Source: Hydrurus foetidus (taxonomy: Eukaryota). From it: a stretch of 41,587 nucleotides of DNA. The position numbers and the translations under genes were made by a program. The stretch spans positions 1 through 41,587 of the forward strand of contig UYFQ01000401.1 in assembly GCA_900617105.1 (NCBI GenBank), in the 5' to 3' direction. The notes beneath the pieces were generated by a model. It saw only the letters and a list, made by a program, of their open reading frames with translations, was not told where the DNA came from and searched no databases. Positions 11,456 to 25,200 of the stretch are shown here, piece by piece; positions within the stretch are counted from its first letter, which is position 1; each line of letters begins with the position of its first letter.

Positions 11456-14400
11456 TTACTCTGGCTGGGTGTCACGTAAATCAAGTACTATTCTTAATGC
11501 AGCTTGAAACCAATCACTCAAATCATTTTCTGGTGTATGTCTAGTAAGAGGTAAAATACGCTGCCTTAATATTGCGAAATTAGCGGGATTTAAAGGGCAG
11601 ACTACTGAATTGCAGGTGACTTGTCCTATATTGTTTACTAAATTATCATCATCTATCACATCCTTTTCATACAGTTCGGTATTGAAATTGGCTAAATCTA
11701 AAGGATCCGTGTAATTGATTTTATTTGTACCAATCAGAATTAGTTGTATAGGTGTACGATTATGTTCAGAAGCTATCGGGTGATTATTCCAAATTGACTT
11801 AAAATCATCTAAATTTTGTTGAATTCTATTCATGAACATGTATTGTAAAGTAAATTTATGCCAAATATTACCTACATCAAATCCTTCTTTTTCAAAACCA
11901 TAGAATAATTCCGAGTATTGCTCGGTGACATTGATTCGAACATCACGCCACATTCTCTCAATCCTAAGAGTAATTAATATGTATTTTATTAAATCAAAAT
12001 TAAAGTAAGTCGTATTATGATTGAAGCTAGAATTTACATAAGGTACCTCGTATTAAATTTTGATGCTCCTGTTAAATAAGATCCCCGGTTAACTCCTCGA
12101 TATTTTATCATGAAATCAGCTACTTTTACATTTTCGCCACCCATGTCACCACGGACGCGTGATGGCAACATGAATTCTTGGACGGCACCTTTAAATAGAT
12201 CAATAACTGTATTGCTCCTGTTATTCCCGCGGATACCTGTATGATTATTATTCTAGATTATTAATATATTAAAATATTTGAAATGTAAAATGCTTGCTCA
12301 CCCATGTAGATAATTGCTCTAGAATAACCATCCACGCATCCATGTGTAACTAATCCGTATCGGATCAATTTGTGGTGACCGTCTTGATGCCAACAATGGT
12401 GGGGACCTTCGACACGATACACTCGTCTAAATAAATTAAATTAAAGGTAATGTTAATTATTGAAATCATAAAAGAGGAAAAAAAAGGTCTTGTAGATTGA
12501 GTTGCCCTCTATAAAAAAATGACATCTTATGGTAGCATACAATGTATTAGAAGACACATTCAATGTATTAGGTGGTACAATACAGTGTGTTTTTCATATG
12601 GTGAGATACGACCGTAATGCAGACGTTTCTATTCCTTATATTTCTATATTCTTTCGCTTCCGATCTCTCTATCTCTATCTCTATCTCTATCTCTATCTCT
12701 ATCTCTATCTCTATCTCTATCTCTATCTCTATCTCTATCTCTATCTCTATCTCTATCTCTATCTCTATCTCTATCTCTATCTCTATCTCTATCTCTATCT
12801 CTATCTCTATCTCTATCTCTATCTCTATCTCTATCTCTATCTCTATCTCTATCTCTATCTCTATCTTTCTCTATCTCTATCTCTATCATTCACATTCCAT
12901 CAATCTCCCTCTTTCACCTCTCTTTCTTTCCTTTCACTCTCTCGATCATCATCGACGTCTCTCTCTCTCTCTCTCTCTTGAGATCTATCTCTATCTTGAT
13001 CTCATTCGATCTCTCTCCATTTCTCTCGATCACCATTTATGTCTCACTCTCTATATCTCTCTCTACCTCTATCTCTCTCGATCCCATTATTTCTCTTTCT
13101 CTCTCTAACTAGATCTCTCTCTACATATATAAATTACTCTCCCAATAAAATTAAAAAAAGCAAGATATGAAACTGCCGGAATTTTTTTTAATATTTTACA
13201 CGGTAATATGTCATACAGGGGATACGGGGAAACATTATACAGTAAATACGGTTAAACTCGGTGGAACATTACGCATACATAAAAATATACATTTTATATC
13301 ACATAGTAAAATTGTCAATGTGGACTAACAATGATTAAAATGCAATTGAATTGTATGGTGGAATGCAGCAAGTGTTGGAGCATAATAATATTTTTTCAAT
13401 ATTTTACACGGTAATATGTCATACAGGGGATACGGGGAAACATTATACAGTAAATACGGTTAAACTCGGTGGAACATTACGCATACATTAAAATATACAT
13501 TTTATATCACATAGTAAAATTGTCAATGTGGACTAGCAATGATTAAAATGCAATTGAATTGTATGGTGGAATGCAGCAAGTGTTGGAGCATAATAATATT
13601 TTTTCAATATTTTACACGGTAATATGTCATACAGGGGATACGGGGAAACATTATACAGTAAATACGGTTAAATTCGGTGGAACATTACGCATACATAAAA
13701 ATATACATTTTATATCACATAGTAAAATTGTCAATGTGGACTAGCAATGATTAAAATGCAATTGAATTGTATGGTGGAATGCAGCAAGTGTTGGAGCATA
13801 ATAATATTTTTTCAATATTTTACACGGTAATATATCATACAGGGGATACGGGGAAACATTATACAGTAAATACGGTTAAACTCGGTGGAACATTACGCAT
13901 ACATAAAAATATACATTTTATATCACATAGTAAAATTGTCAATGTGGACTAGCAATGATTAAAATGCAATTGAATTGTATGGTGGAATGCAGCAAGTGTT
14001 GGAGCATAATAATATTTTTTCAATATTTTACACGGTAATGTATCCTGCAACAAATTAAGTCACATCTCCACTTAACAAAAACATAGATATTTACTTTTAA
14101 AAATTTGTCTAATCGAGGCATTTCTCTCTCTTATTCGTGGAAGTAGCTTTATTAGAAAGAGACTCGTTTTAAGTATTTATTTACCTTCGGAGGCGACGGA
14201 GGAATGCGACTCTCCGCTGATGAAGACCACCCTCATCAGTCCTCAAAATTGAGGCACGAACCTGAGCTCGCGTAAACGTATGATCCGAGTCAGCTCGAAT
14301 CATACCCAAAACCATCCTCTCTCCACGAAAAGGATGGTTTTGGGTATAGTCAGCGACCAAAACATCCAGAGATTCCTCTGTGTGCTCGGCGCACACCAAC

Positions 14401-14812
14401 TAATTAGGGAGGAGAGTAAAAAAATTATGAATAACACGGCCTTTGCACATAAGAAAGTCAAATTTAAAGTGAACGATACAGGAAATGAAAAGCAACCTCT
14501 GCGGCGTTTGAATGTCTCCATCGCGTGAATTTACTCCTGGAAACGTGCAGCAGGTTTCCAATATCTGCCCATGGCATTCCAGCTCTTCTGTGGTTCAGGA
14601 CGAACTCCAGATCAATCAAAATGACTGGTCGTCCTGCCGGCTAGACAAAGAAAACATGTTATGAAGTTCAGAAATGAATGAATGCAAGCCAGCTTCTTCA
14701 TAGCTTGGTTGGGCAGCCAATTAAAAAGTTTCGAAAGCGTGAAGGCACATCATACTGTCATGCACTCAATAACTGCACTCAAAATTGGACAAAATCATAT
14801 TGATCGTACCAT
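11456..14812 (-). CDS. E1 DDE transposase (IS3/integrase-core, IS3EU-like); exons ~14812-14810, 14640-14497, 14399-14185, 12426-12302, 12236-12047, 11963-11456
   Basis: Spliced product of about 395 aa: PAGRP...HTH-like (MPWADIGNLLHVSR)...GERMVLG...[25 protein letters not shown]...[10 protein letters not shown]...NTRIERMWRDV...WNNHPI; junctions are GT-AG and in frame; the ATG-only first exon is tentative. Confidence 0.88.
12666..12885. repeat. (ATCTCT)n hexanucleotide microsatellite in E1 transposase intron
   Basis: Directly visible, more than 30 units. Confidence 0.97.
13190..14039. repeat. 208-bp tandem array, about 4.1 near-identical copies, in E1 transposase intron
   Basis: AATATTTTACACGGTAAT at 13190, 13398, 13606, 13814 and 14022. 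Confidence 0.97.
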
Positions 14813-15330
14813 AGCTGATTTAGTGGTCTAGATTCCAGCGGCAGTGCAACCTATTCCCAAGTCCAACAGAAATCTGCTACGAAAGATGATTGAGAAGTGT
14901 GCGAAGTGAGAAGTCAGAAGTGAGAGTGAAGTCTTTTCCCAGGTACAGGAACCGAAGAACGAAGTTCGGGAATTTTGGGAAAACGGTGAAAATAATAAAA
15001 ACACCTTTGGCACGCCATAGCACGAAGCTGCTGGCTGCGTGCGGTGCCATCACGATTTGATTGCAAACTGCAAAGCAAAGGACGTGTTGTGTACGATTTA
15101 TTGAATTTTATTTAGTGCTATTTCAGTTGTTGTGGTGAAAATTACCGCGAATTTAGTGGTGATTCGTGCTGAAATTTATTTGGTGCGATTTCAATGGATC
15201 AAAAGAAAAGTTGAAGAAATTTGTAGCTCAATAATCATTAATTATCATCCCACAGTGAACTGATTTCTGGAATGTGACCCAAGGTCCTCCACAAATACAC
15301 GTACGCACTTACCTCGAATCCCTCTACGTA

Positions 15331-15499
15331 CCGTTATTGTGCCGGTCAAAACTAAACGGGAGAATTTATTTTGCGGGGAGGTTTTTTCGTGTTGTTGACA
15401 GAGGTCAAAATAACTGTTACTTTGATTCTGTGGTCAAAAACACGAATATGCCGTAAAATAAATTTTTGCAGCACCGTTTAGTTTTGACCGGCATAATAG
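15331..15499. mobile_element. Tc1/pogo-type MITE (~169 bp)
   Basis: TIR TATT(G/A)TGCCGGTCAAAACTAAACGG at both ends, flanked by TA; outermost bases imperfect. Confidence 0.7.
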
Positions 15500-16110
15500 T
15501 ACCCTTTTCTTCGATTTTTAAATTACTTAGTCGAAACGCTGTAGCTGTTGCAAGAGTCAATACAGCGAAGTGACTGAGGGGTCCGAGCAATGTCGAGTTG
15601 TGTCATGTCATACCGTGTCTTGTCTTGTCAGTGAGGGAAGATGGGAGGGGACTCACACCGACTGTTAGAGACTATCACACACATGATGTGAATCTCCCTC
15701 TCCTCATTCCCTGTGAGTTGAAAGCAGAGTGTTATTTGGATCCATTCCATTCAATTCAATCAAATCCATGCGAGGTGGCTTCGCTTTCACGGACTTCAAT
15801 AGCTGCACAATTATGAGAAAAAGAGTCTATGTCTGTTTAGACGATGAAATAATTCAGTTGGGGACTTACAATAGAATGAAGCAATAGAACGGAGCAGATC
15901 TCATCTGATCTGATAGGTGAAAATGTACAATGGCTCGATACCTGGATAACACGAGTGGCCTGTACGTGCGTATGATTGAGTACACTTCAAACTACTGTGT
16001 TGTACGGTTATGTGTGTGCTATGAAATGAAATAGAGATGGAATGGAGTGTAGTGTGGGAGAGCATGTTCTCTTACAGTACAGTCCCTCTTGAAGGATGTG
16101 TCGTGTCTTA

Positions 16111-16277
16111 TATTAGAGGGTGAAATCTAATTGCATTAAATTAGAGGGTGAAATCTAATTGCATTATATTAGAGGGTGAAATCTAATTACATTATATTGG
16201 AGGGTGAAATCTAATTGTATTATATTAGAGGGTGAAATCTAATTGTATTATATTGGAGGGTGAAATCTAATTGCATT
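16111..16277. repeat. 28-bp minisatellite, 6 copies
   Basis: TATT(A/G)GAGGGTGAAATCTAATT(G/A)(C/T)ATTA head-to-tail, no spacers. Confidence 0.95.
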
Positions 16278-16494
16278 TACATATCAGCAAATAAAATATG
16301 TGCCATTTTTATGTAGAATACTTAGCCACTTATGCCGTTATATTTTGATGTGATGCAATGTGCTATGCTATGCTGTGATGTTATATGTGCCCGCTTGTGA
16401 CGTTTGTGCAATTAGCCCAGAATGTGTACTGCGCCATTTCGCTTTAATGCCGTTCATTGAATGGCACTTTCGGAGTGAGTCAATAATGTTCATT

Positions 16495-18209
16495 TCAAAG
16501 GACGACAGCGACTCTCCTACTCTTTTTCTGAAATCTGCAATCCATTTAAGTGAGTGAGTTGGTCAATTATTGACGGCTTTATCATCAGAGATTTTCATGA
16601 CACTTCAGATACATCAGATTACAGAAAAATGCTGTCATGAGGTCATGAAGACAAATGTAACGTTACAAAGGGCAGCACTCACCTGGTTGAGATGTATACT
16701 ATGAGGAAGCACAGCCAGGCGCAAACTACCGCTCCAATCACAGACTGAGTTGCAATGCTCATTTTGCCTGATCCTAGAACATTATTCTCCGGCAGCAGAT
16801 TGTCATTGGTCGGTTGTGATGTTGCAGTTGGGGATGTGCTGATGAAGCTCTCTCCGTTGTTCGGACTAGATGTCGGGGAGAATGTCAATGCCAATGTTGC
16901 TAGAGTTGTGGGCTTAGTGGTGGGCGATGCTGGGGAAGTGGTTGGTCTCAAACTAGGCCTTCCTGACGGGAGTGCGTTTGGTTGTGCTGAAGGGAACCCC
17001 ATCGGTTGGGCAGATCGCTGACCAGTCGATTGGGACGAAGGTTGGCCTGATGGACAGCTAGGTTTGCGGTGGGCTGATCTGATGGTCTGGTGGTGGGTTG
17101 GGATGAAGGTTGACGAGTAGGCTGGGTGGACTTGTTCGTTGGCTGAGATGATGGTTGGTTCGTTGGTTTGCCACTCAGTTGGTCGGTTGGCTGTGAAGTA
17201 GGCTTATTTGATGGTTTTACAGTGGGCTGGCTGGTAGGTTACTTGGAAGGTTCCGCGGTTGGCTGACTGGATGGCCCGATGGTCTTTTAGTTGGCTGGCT
17301 GCTAGGCTGACTGATCGGCTGGCCAGATGGTGCTGAGGGGTGACTTGTCGGATTACCACCTGGTTGCCTTGTTGGTCGAGAGCTCGGTTGTGCACTTGGC
17401 TAACTGGTGGGCTGACTAGTAGGTTGTCTCGTTGGTTGACCTGTTGCCTGGCAGGATGGGTGAGCACTTGGCTTGCCAGTTGGCTTACTAGTTGATTGAC
17501 TCGTCGGATGGGTTCTCCGACTCGAAGGTTGTCCCGTTGGTTATCCACTTGGTCCACCTGTTGGTTGGCCGGTTGGACTAGTCAGCTGACTTGTCGGTTG
17601 GCCAGTCGGTGTCGTGGGCTGGCTGGTCGGTTGAGATGTAGGTACACTGCTAGGAGCTCCAGATAGCTGCCTTTCTGGACGGCCACTTGGTCGTGATGAG
17701 GGATATCCTGACGGCTGACCAGACGGTTGGCTTGATGGATGACTGCTTGGTGAAGCTGTAGGCTGAGCTGTGGGTTGCGAGGATGGTATGGAAGTTGGTT
17801 GTGAAGTTGGTCGACTAGTTGGTTGATCACTTGGCTTGCCAGTTGGTTGAGCACTTGGCTTACTAGTTGATTGACTCGTCGGATGGGTTCTCCGACTCGA
17901 AGGTTGTCCCGTTGGTTATCCGCTTGGTCCACCTGTTGGTTGGCCGGTTGGACTAGTCAGCTGACTTGTCGGTTGGCCAGTCGGTGTCGTGGGCTGGCTG
18001 GTCGGTTGAGATGTAGGTACACTGCTAGGAGCTCCAGATAGCTGCCTTTCTGGACGGCCACTTGGTCGTGATAAGGGATATCCTGACGGCTGACCAGACG
18101 GTTGGCTAGATGGGTGACTGCTTGGTGAAGCTGTAGGCTGAGCTGTGGGTTGCGAGGATGGTATGGAAGTTGGTTGTGAAGTTGGTAGTCGTGTTGGATA
18201 AGAGATGAC
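16495..18209 (-). pseudogene. Decayed, 5'-truncated gene for a PTSQP-repeat (mucin-like) type I membrane protein
   Basis: PTSQPSGQP repeats, TM segment VIGAVVCAWLCFLIVYI, intron 16682-16535 and tail RFQKKSRRVAVVL*; in-frame TAA/TAG stops, frameshifts and a 375-bp internal duplication. Confidence 0.8.
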
Positions 18210-18659
18210 GGCTGCCCCGTGCACCAGAACGGATAATGTGACTGGATGGACCCTCCGTCAATTTTGGAATTTGGATAATATTGTGCCGGTCGAGCCTGAT
18301 ACGATTCCGGAGTAAAATATAGAATGAACCTTTCCGAAAAGCCCAAAATTTTAGAATTAATTCGCCGGGGTGCCACTAGAGGCTATGGCGTGCCAAACTG
18401 GCCCAAATTATTTTCTCCCGGATTTTGAAAAAAATTCCCGGATTTCTGTCTTCAACAAAATTCGAAGGTGAGAACATGAAAAAAAATTGGTACACTTTCC
18501 CTAAAATTTGCATATCATGAATTGGGGACGACACTTTTGGAATTACCGAAAAAAACAACTCACTGTATTGTGCCTCTCTGTTATGATCTCTTGTCGTCCT
18601 TCAAGCATTCATACCTGTTAAAGCTTCTTTCGTCAGTTGTATCACAACGTGCGTAAGCT

Positions 18660-19925
18660 ATGGATAATTTCATTCATGGGAAGTGTGTAAATGGAGGCAG
18701 TTGTAATACATTTTGTCAGAGATTCATACCGCAATCAGGATCTCGCGATTGTGGTGACTGCGGTCATAAAGACAGTCATCATGTCCTCCTCGCTTGCAAG
18801 GTGATGTCTGAAGGATTCCAATATCTGCCAAAGCTAGTTGTTGATGTTCCAGCTGCTGAGCTGAAGGAAAGAATTTCTCAATTCAATCGATCGAAAGTGA
18901 TGTCAAGTGTGGCACCTTTGGTAAAAGCTGGTTAGTAACATTTTGAATCTATCCGAGTTTGTGGCTGTCCATGAAGACTTTCTTAATTGAATATTAACGT
19001 TTCGACAGATGCCAGGCATGTTAGAAAATCTGCGGCTGCAATCCAGCAAGGGCCGACATATTCTACTTGTAAAGGCAAAAAGGAAATCAGCTCGAGCATG
19101 CTTAAAAAGAGCACTGTAGACTTCATCATCAAAGACGCGTCTGATCCAGATGACAAGATGCCATTGGACGCAATGGATGTTGATCGAATGAAGTTGAATG
19201 GCATGTACTTCGCCAGTCAAAAGTTTGTCTCAGAGGAAAGCTTTGTGAGTTTTCTCAAAACAAACAAGATATTTGGCACCCACTTTAGCAAAGATTTTTA
19301 TTTGTATACTATCAGACGCCAATATGCCTCGACGTTAAAACCATCAGGTTATCACAGGAGAAATTTCCCAGCTGAAAACTCTATGGAATCTATTTGCCAA
19401 AGCAAGTTCCTGATAATTAGTCCATTTCCAAAAAACAATGATGAGAAAAAAGAATTTTTTAATACAGTCAAAATCGGTGATCATATCACCATTGACATTG
19501 AAGAATGTGACTCTGATGACTCCGGCGAGTCTCATGAGGAAATATCAATGAAAAAAGAATTATTCGGTGCTGAGGAAGATGACGAAGAGATGCCCTATTC
19601 TGGTGAGCATCATAGACTATTAAATGATATAACTTAATAACCACATCAACTTTTCTAACATGGAATAAAAATCTAATACTGTTATAAAGGCATGGCAATT
19701 AAAGAATCAGCGCCCAAAAGTTTTCGCACCCCATCGACTGCTGATGGAATTCTGAAGAAAAGGAGTCGTTCATATGACGATGACTTTGCTGAAGACGAAC
19801 CAGCGATATCAAGACAAGCTACGTTTGCACGGGAGAGTAGATCTACTAGTAGTGCTTGTAGCAGCAGTAATCACTACATTAAGAGTGTCGACAATAGCGG
19901 AGCGCTGTCGAGGAATAGCGATTAA
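18660..19925 (+). CDS. E2 accessory Cys/His-motif protein; exons 18660-18930, 19009-19602, 19690-19925
   Basis: MDNFIHGKCVNGGSCNTFCQRFIP...CGDCGHKDSHH; GT-AG introns join in frame; closely homologous to the E3 copy with the same intron positions. Confidence 0.85.
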
Positions 19926-20189
19926 TGGTAGTTACCTGTGCTTGCTAATACTATATCAGTCATCGTCATGAAATTCGCTACTAAATAAAATAAATATTCA
20001 TGAGTATTCTTGAAATGATTCAATTACACGCATGATTTTTTTCGTTTTCATATTCACAGCAACGTATCTTCATCACCAATATGATTTTTTTTTATCTTCA
20101 TTTTTTTTTTAATTGAAAAATAAGTAATATGATTTCTTGAAAACAAATAAATTATATTACAACTTTTTGGTTAGCATGGTGGCGTACTT

Positions 20190-21715
20190 TCAAATTTGAT
20201 TATCATGCAAGTCATGCAATACGTTCAATGCGAAAATGAACATGGTACTTAATGCGTTATCTGATGTTGCCATTGTTAAGGGTTGAACAGCTTCTTTGAA
20301 AATGAGTAAGTTAACTGGATTCAATGGGCATCTAATAGGATTACATTCTACTTGAGGATTATCCTCTACAATACCATCAGCATTATCTTCTACTCCATAA
20401 TTAAGTATATCAATCGGTTCATCGTAGTCAATATCATCTGCATGTAGCAAAATCATTTGGAGCGGTGTTCTATTGTTTTCAGTGGCTAATGGGTGATTGT
20501 TCCAATATGATTTAAAATTATTTAAGTCTTCTTGTATTCTAGGCATAAACATATACTGGAGAGTAAAAATATGACAGACATTATTAATGTTAAAACCTTC
20601 CCTCTCATAGGACGCAAACAAGGTCATATAAAATTGGATCACTTTATCTCTAACATCACGCCACAATCTTTCAATCCTAGGTATGAATTATAATATCACC
20701 AAATTGACAAAGATTAATAGAATCAAATTAAGAAATATTGATGACGATGCATCAATTTTGGGTGAACACTTTTCGGTTAGAAAAGAATCTACCTCGTATT
20801 GAATCTTGATGATCCTGTTATGTAAGAGCCTCTTCCCAAACCTCGGTGATGGATCATGTAGTCCGCTACTTGTACGTTCTCCCCTCCCATATCTCCACGT
20901 ACACGAGAAGGGAGCATGTACTGCCGTACTCCTTCCTTGAAAAACTTCAAAACGACACTACTACTGTTGTTGTTAGCTAGCCCTGTAAGAAAACGATATG
21001 TCTATATTAGTTGCTTAATCATTTGAGTGACATGGACACATGTCTTCACATATGAAAGCATACCTAAGTATATGACAGCCCTGGAGAAACCATCTACACA
21101 ACCATGTGTTATCAGTCCATACCTTATCAACTTATGGTGGCCATCATGATGCCATAAGTGATGCGGACCTGCCACATTATAAACACGCCTTCAATAATAA
21201 GGAATGTAAGGTACGAATATTAAGGAAATTTTAAATCATGAAATAGAACAAAGGTATGTTATGCAGATTATCGACAAAGAATATGTACCTAATTATCCGT
21301 CTACCGAATGCTTCTCTTCTAATTGCAAGGCCTCCCTGGTCAACTCTTTGAATAGATGATCTTATTTCCGATCTGCTGATTCTATTGGGTTGTGTGGATC
21401 TAACCATACCTGTGATCATCCTCTCTCCTCTTCGAGGATGCCCAACAGTGTACTCCTCAATAGCAGCATCTAATAAATTTATATTGATATTTACCTCCTA
21501 CAATAATACAAGAGAAATCTATCAGTTTCAGTTTTGTTTAAAAGAAGATATTTTAAAGATTGTACCTCATAATTATTATCTTCTCTCCATCTCTGTAATG
21601 ATCTAATTGATATTTCTAGTAGGCGGCTGATGTCTGTCCAGGTCAGACCACTTCTTCTATATTGATCAATGGCATCTCTGTCAAGGACCTGTCGAGGTCG
21701 ACCAACATTATTCAT
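20190..21715 (-). CDS. E2 DDE transposase; exons ~21715-21566, 21497-21289, 21188-21064, 20982-20793, 20676-20190
   Basis: MNNVGRPR...[21 protein letters not shown] (HTH-like)...GERMITG...[13 protein letters not shown]...[10 protein letters not shown]...RIERLWRDV; intron positions match E1; start codon inferred. Confidence 0.9.
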
Positions 21716-21744
21716 GCCTTGAAACAAACAACGAATGCTGGATA

Positions 21745-21789
21745 AAAAGATAAAAAATAAATAAATAAATAAATAAATGAATTAATGTA

Positions 21790-21852
<63 letters not shown>

Positions 21853-21902
21853 AAAAAAAAAATAAAAAAAGAAAGAAAAATAAAGAAATAAAGAAATAAA
21901 TA

Positions 21903-21946
<44 letters not shown>

Positions 21947-22056
21947 AATAAAGAAAGAAAGAAAGAAAGAAAGAAATAAAAAAAAGAAAGAAAGAAAGAA
22001 AGAAATAAAGAAAAAAGAATAAATAAAGAAAGAAAGAAAGAAAGAAATAAATAAAA

Positions 22057-22096
<40 letters not shown>

Positions 22097-22232
22097 AAAA
22101 AGAAAGAAATAAAGAAAGAAATAAAGAAAGAAAGAAAGAAAATGATAAGAAATAAATAAATAAATAAAGAAATGAAATAAATAAATGAAAGATAAATGGA
22201 AAAATAAATAAATAAATAATGTGTGTGTGCAT
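21745..22232. repeat. Compound (AAAT)n/(AAAG)n microsatellite
   Basis: Directly visible; lies just upstream of the splice acceptor of the first coding transposase exon of E2. Confidence 0.95.
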
Positions 22233-22260
22233 AAATAAAGGAATGGTATGGTAAATGGTT

Positions 22261-25200
22261 GATAATTTACACTATTTAGATTAAATTAATTAAATTTGAT
22301 GCTGATTCCATATTAATTAGATACCAAAGTCACTAATTAGCTGCTAATATAATATAATAAAAATACACTGTCAAGAATACTGTACAGTCACAGTCGCATA
22401 ATATGCATAACTTACAATAGGGGACAGTACTGCATAAGATGATACACAAATAAAACAGAATTGAAGATGGAGTATCGATAGCGGTGAAGGAGATGAAATA
22501 AGTATTGTAATTACCTCCGATATATCTCTAAGTGAGAGTCCTTTCGCTTTACTTCAGACGTGAACTCAATAGCAGCCTCGCACTGATCATCCAAAAAATT
22601 GTAATAATATATTTTTGTTAGAATGCTTGTATTGATTGTGACATAAGATAATCAGGAATTTGGCCAGCATTTCATTATAGGGAGAAAGAAAATATTTCAA
22701 AATATTAGTTGATCAATTTACACTATTTAGATTACACTTAATTAAATTTGATGCTGATTCCATATTAATTAGATACCAAAGTCACTAATTAGCTGCTAAT
22801 ATAATATAATAAAAATACACTGTCAAGAATACTGTACAGTCACAGTCGCATAATATGCATAACTTACAATAGGGGACAGTACTGCATAAGATGATACACA
22901 AATAAAACAGAATTGAAGATGGAGTATCGATAGCGGTGAAGGAGATGAAATAAGTATTGTAATTACCTCCGATATATCTCTAAGTGAGAGTCCTTTCGCT
23001 TTACTTCAGACGTGAACTCAATAGCAGCCTCGCACTGATCATCCAAAAAATTGTAATAATATATTTTTGTTAGAATGCTTGTATTGATTGTGACATAAGA
23101 TAATCAGGAATTTGGCCAGCATTTCATTATAGGGAGAAAGAAAATATTTCAAAATATTAGTTGATCAATTTACGCTTTTTAGATTATACTTAATTAAATT
23201 TGATGCTGATTCCATATTAATTAGATACCAAAGTCACTAATTAGGTGCTAATACAATATAATAAAAATACACTGTCAAGAATACTGTACAGTCACAGTCA
23301 CATAATATGCATAACTTACAATAGGGGACAGTACTGCATAAGATGATACACAAATAAAACAGAATTGAAGATGGAGTATCGATAGCGATGAAGGAGATGA
23401 AAAAAGTATTGTAATTACCTCCGATATATCTCTAAGTGAGAGTCCTTTCGCTTTACTTCAGACGTGAACTCAATAGCAGCCTCGCACTGATCATCCAAAA
23501 AATTGTAATAATATATTTGTGTTAGAATGCTTGTATTGATTGTGACATGAGATAATCAGGAATTTGGCCAGCATTTCATTATAGGGAGAAAGAAAATATT
23601 TCAAAATATTAGTTGATCGATTTACACTATTTAGATTATACTTAATTAAATTTGATGCTGATTCCATATTAATTAGATACCAAAGTCACGAATTAGGTGC
23701 TAATATAATATAATAAAAATACACTGTCAAGAATACTGTACAGTCACAGTCGCATAATATGCATAACTTACAATAGGGGACAGTACTGCATAAGATGATA
23801 CACAAATAAAACAGAATTGAAGATGGAGTATCGATAGCGATGAAGGAGATGAAAAAAGTATTGTAATTACCTCCGATATATCTCTAAGTGAGAGTCCTTT
23901 CGCTTTACTTCAGACGTGAACTCAATAGCAGCCTCGCACTGATCATCCAAAAAATTGTAATAATATATTTTTGTTAGAATGCTTGTATTGATTGTGACAT
24001 GAGATAATCAGGAATTTGGCCAGCATTTCATTATAGGGAGAAAGAAAATATTTCAAAATATTAGTTGATCGATTTACACTATTTAGATTATACTTAATTA
24101 AATTTGATGCTGATTCCATATTAATTAGATACCAAAGTCACTAATTAGGTGCTAATATAATATAATAAAAATACACTGTCAAGAATACTGTACAGTCACA
24201 GTCGCATAATATGCATAACTTACAATAGGGACAGTACTGCATAAGATGATACACAAATAAAACAGAATTGAAGATGGAGTATCGATAGCGATGAAGGAGA
24301 TGAAAAAAGTATTGTAATTACCTCCGATATATCTCTAAGTGAGAGTCCTTTCGCTTTACTTCAGACGTGAACTCAATAGCAGCCTCGCACTGATCATCCA
24401 AAAAATTGTAATAATATATTTTTGTTAGAATGCTTGTATTGATTGTGACATGAGATAATCAGGAATTTGGCCAGCATTTCATTATAGGGAGAAAGAAAAT
24501 ATTTCAAAATATTAGTTGATCAATTTACACTATTTAGATTATACTTAATTAAATTTGATGCTGATTCCATATTAATTAGATACCAAAGTCACTAATTAGG
24601 TGCTAATATAATATAATAAAAATACACTGTCAAGAATACTGTACAGTCACAGTCGCATAATATGCATAACTTACAATAGGGGACAGTACTGCATAAGATG
24701 ATACACAAATAAAACAGAATTGAAGATGGAGTATCGATAGCGATGAAGGAGATGAAAAAAGTATTGTAATTACCTCCGATATATCTCTAAGTGAGAGTCC
24801 TTTCGCTTTACTTCAGACGTGAACTCAATAGCAGCCTCGCACTGATCATCCAAAAAAATTGTAATAATATATTTTTGTTAGAATGCTTGTATTGATTGTG
24901 ACATGAGATAATCAGGAATTTGGCCAGCATTTCATTATAGGGAGAAAGAAAATATTTCAAAATATTAGTTGATCAATTTACACTATTTAGATTATACTTA
25001 ATTAAATTTGATGCTGATTCCATATTAATTAGATACCAAAGTCACTAATTAGGTGCTAATATAATATAATAAAAATACACTGTCAAGAATACTGTACAGT
25101 CACAGTCGCATAATATGCATAACTTACAATAGGGACAGTACTGCATAAGATGATACACAAATAAAACAGAATTGAAGATGGAGTATCGATAGCGATGAAG

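Larger units (their letters stand above)
9865..15019. mobile_element. IS3EU-like DNA transposon E1 (apparently intact)
   Basis: 43-bp perfect TIR TATGGCGTGCCAAAGGTGTTTTTATTATTTTCACCGTTTTCCC; 5-bp TSD GCACG (9860-9864, 15020-15024); two convergent genes. Confidence 0.92.

Noticed and set aside
12529..13108. YL/IS/DR dipeptide ORFs
   Set aside because: Translations of the (ATCTCT)n tract
16111..16277. 28-bp repeats as a CRISPR array
   Set aside because: Head-to-tail with no spacers, eukaryotic context, no cas genes
16679..18224. TAA/TAG at Gln positions suggesting a non-standard genetic code
   Set aside because: TAA is the normal stop of the transporter and accessory genes; frameshifts co-occur; CAA/CAG to TAA/TAG is ordinary decay
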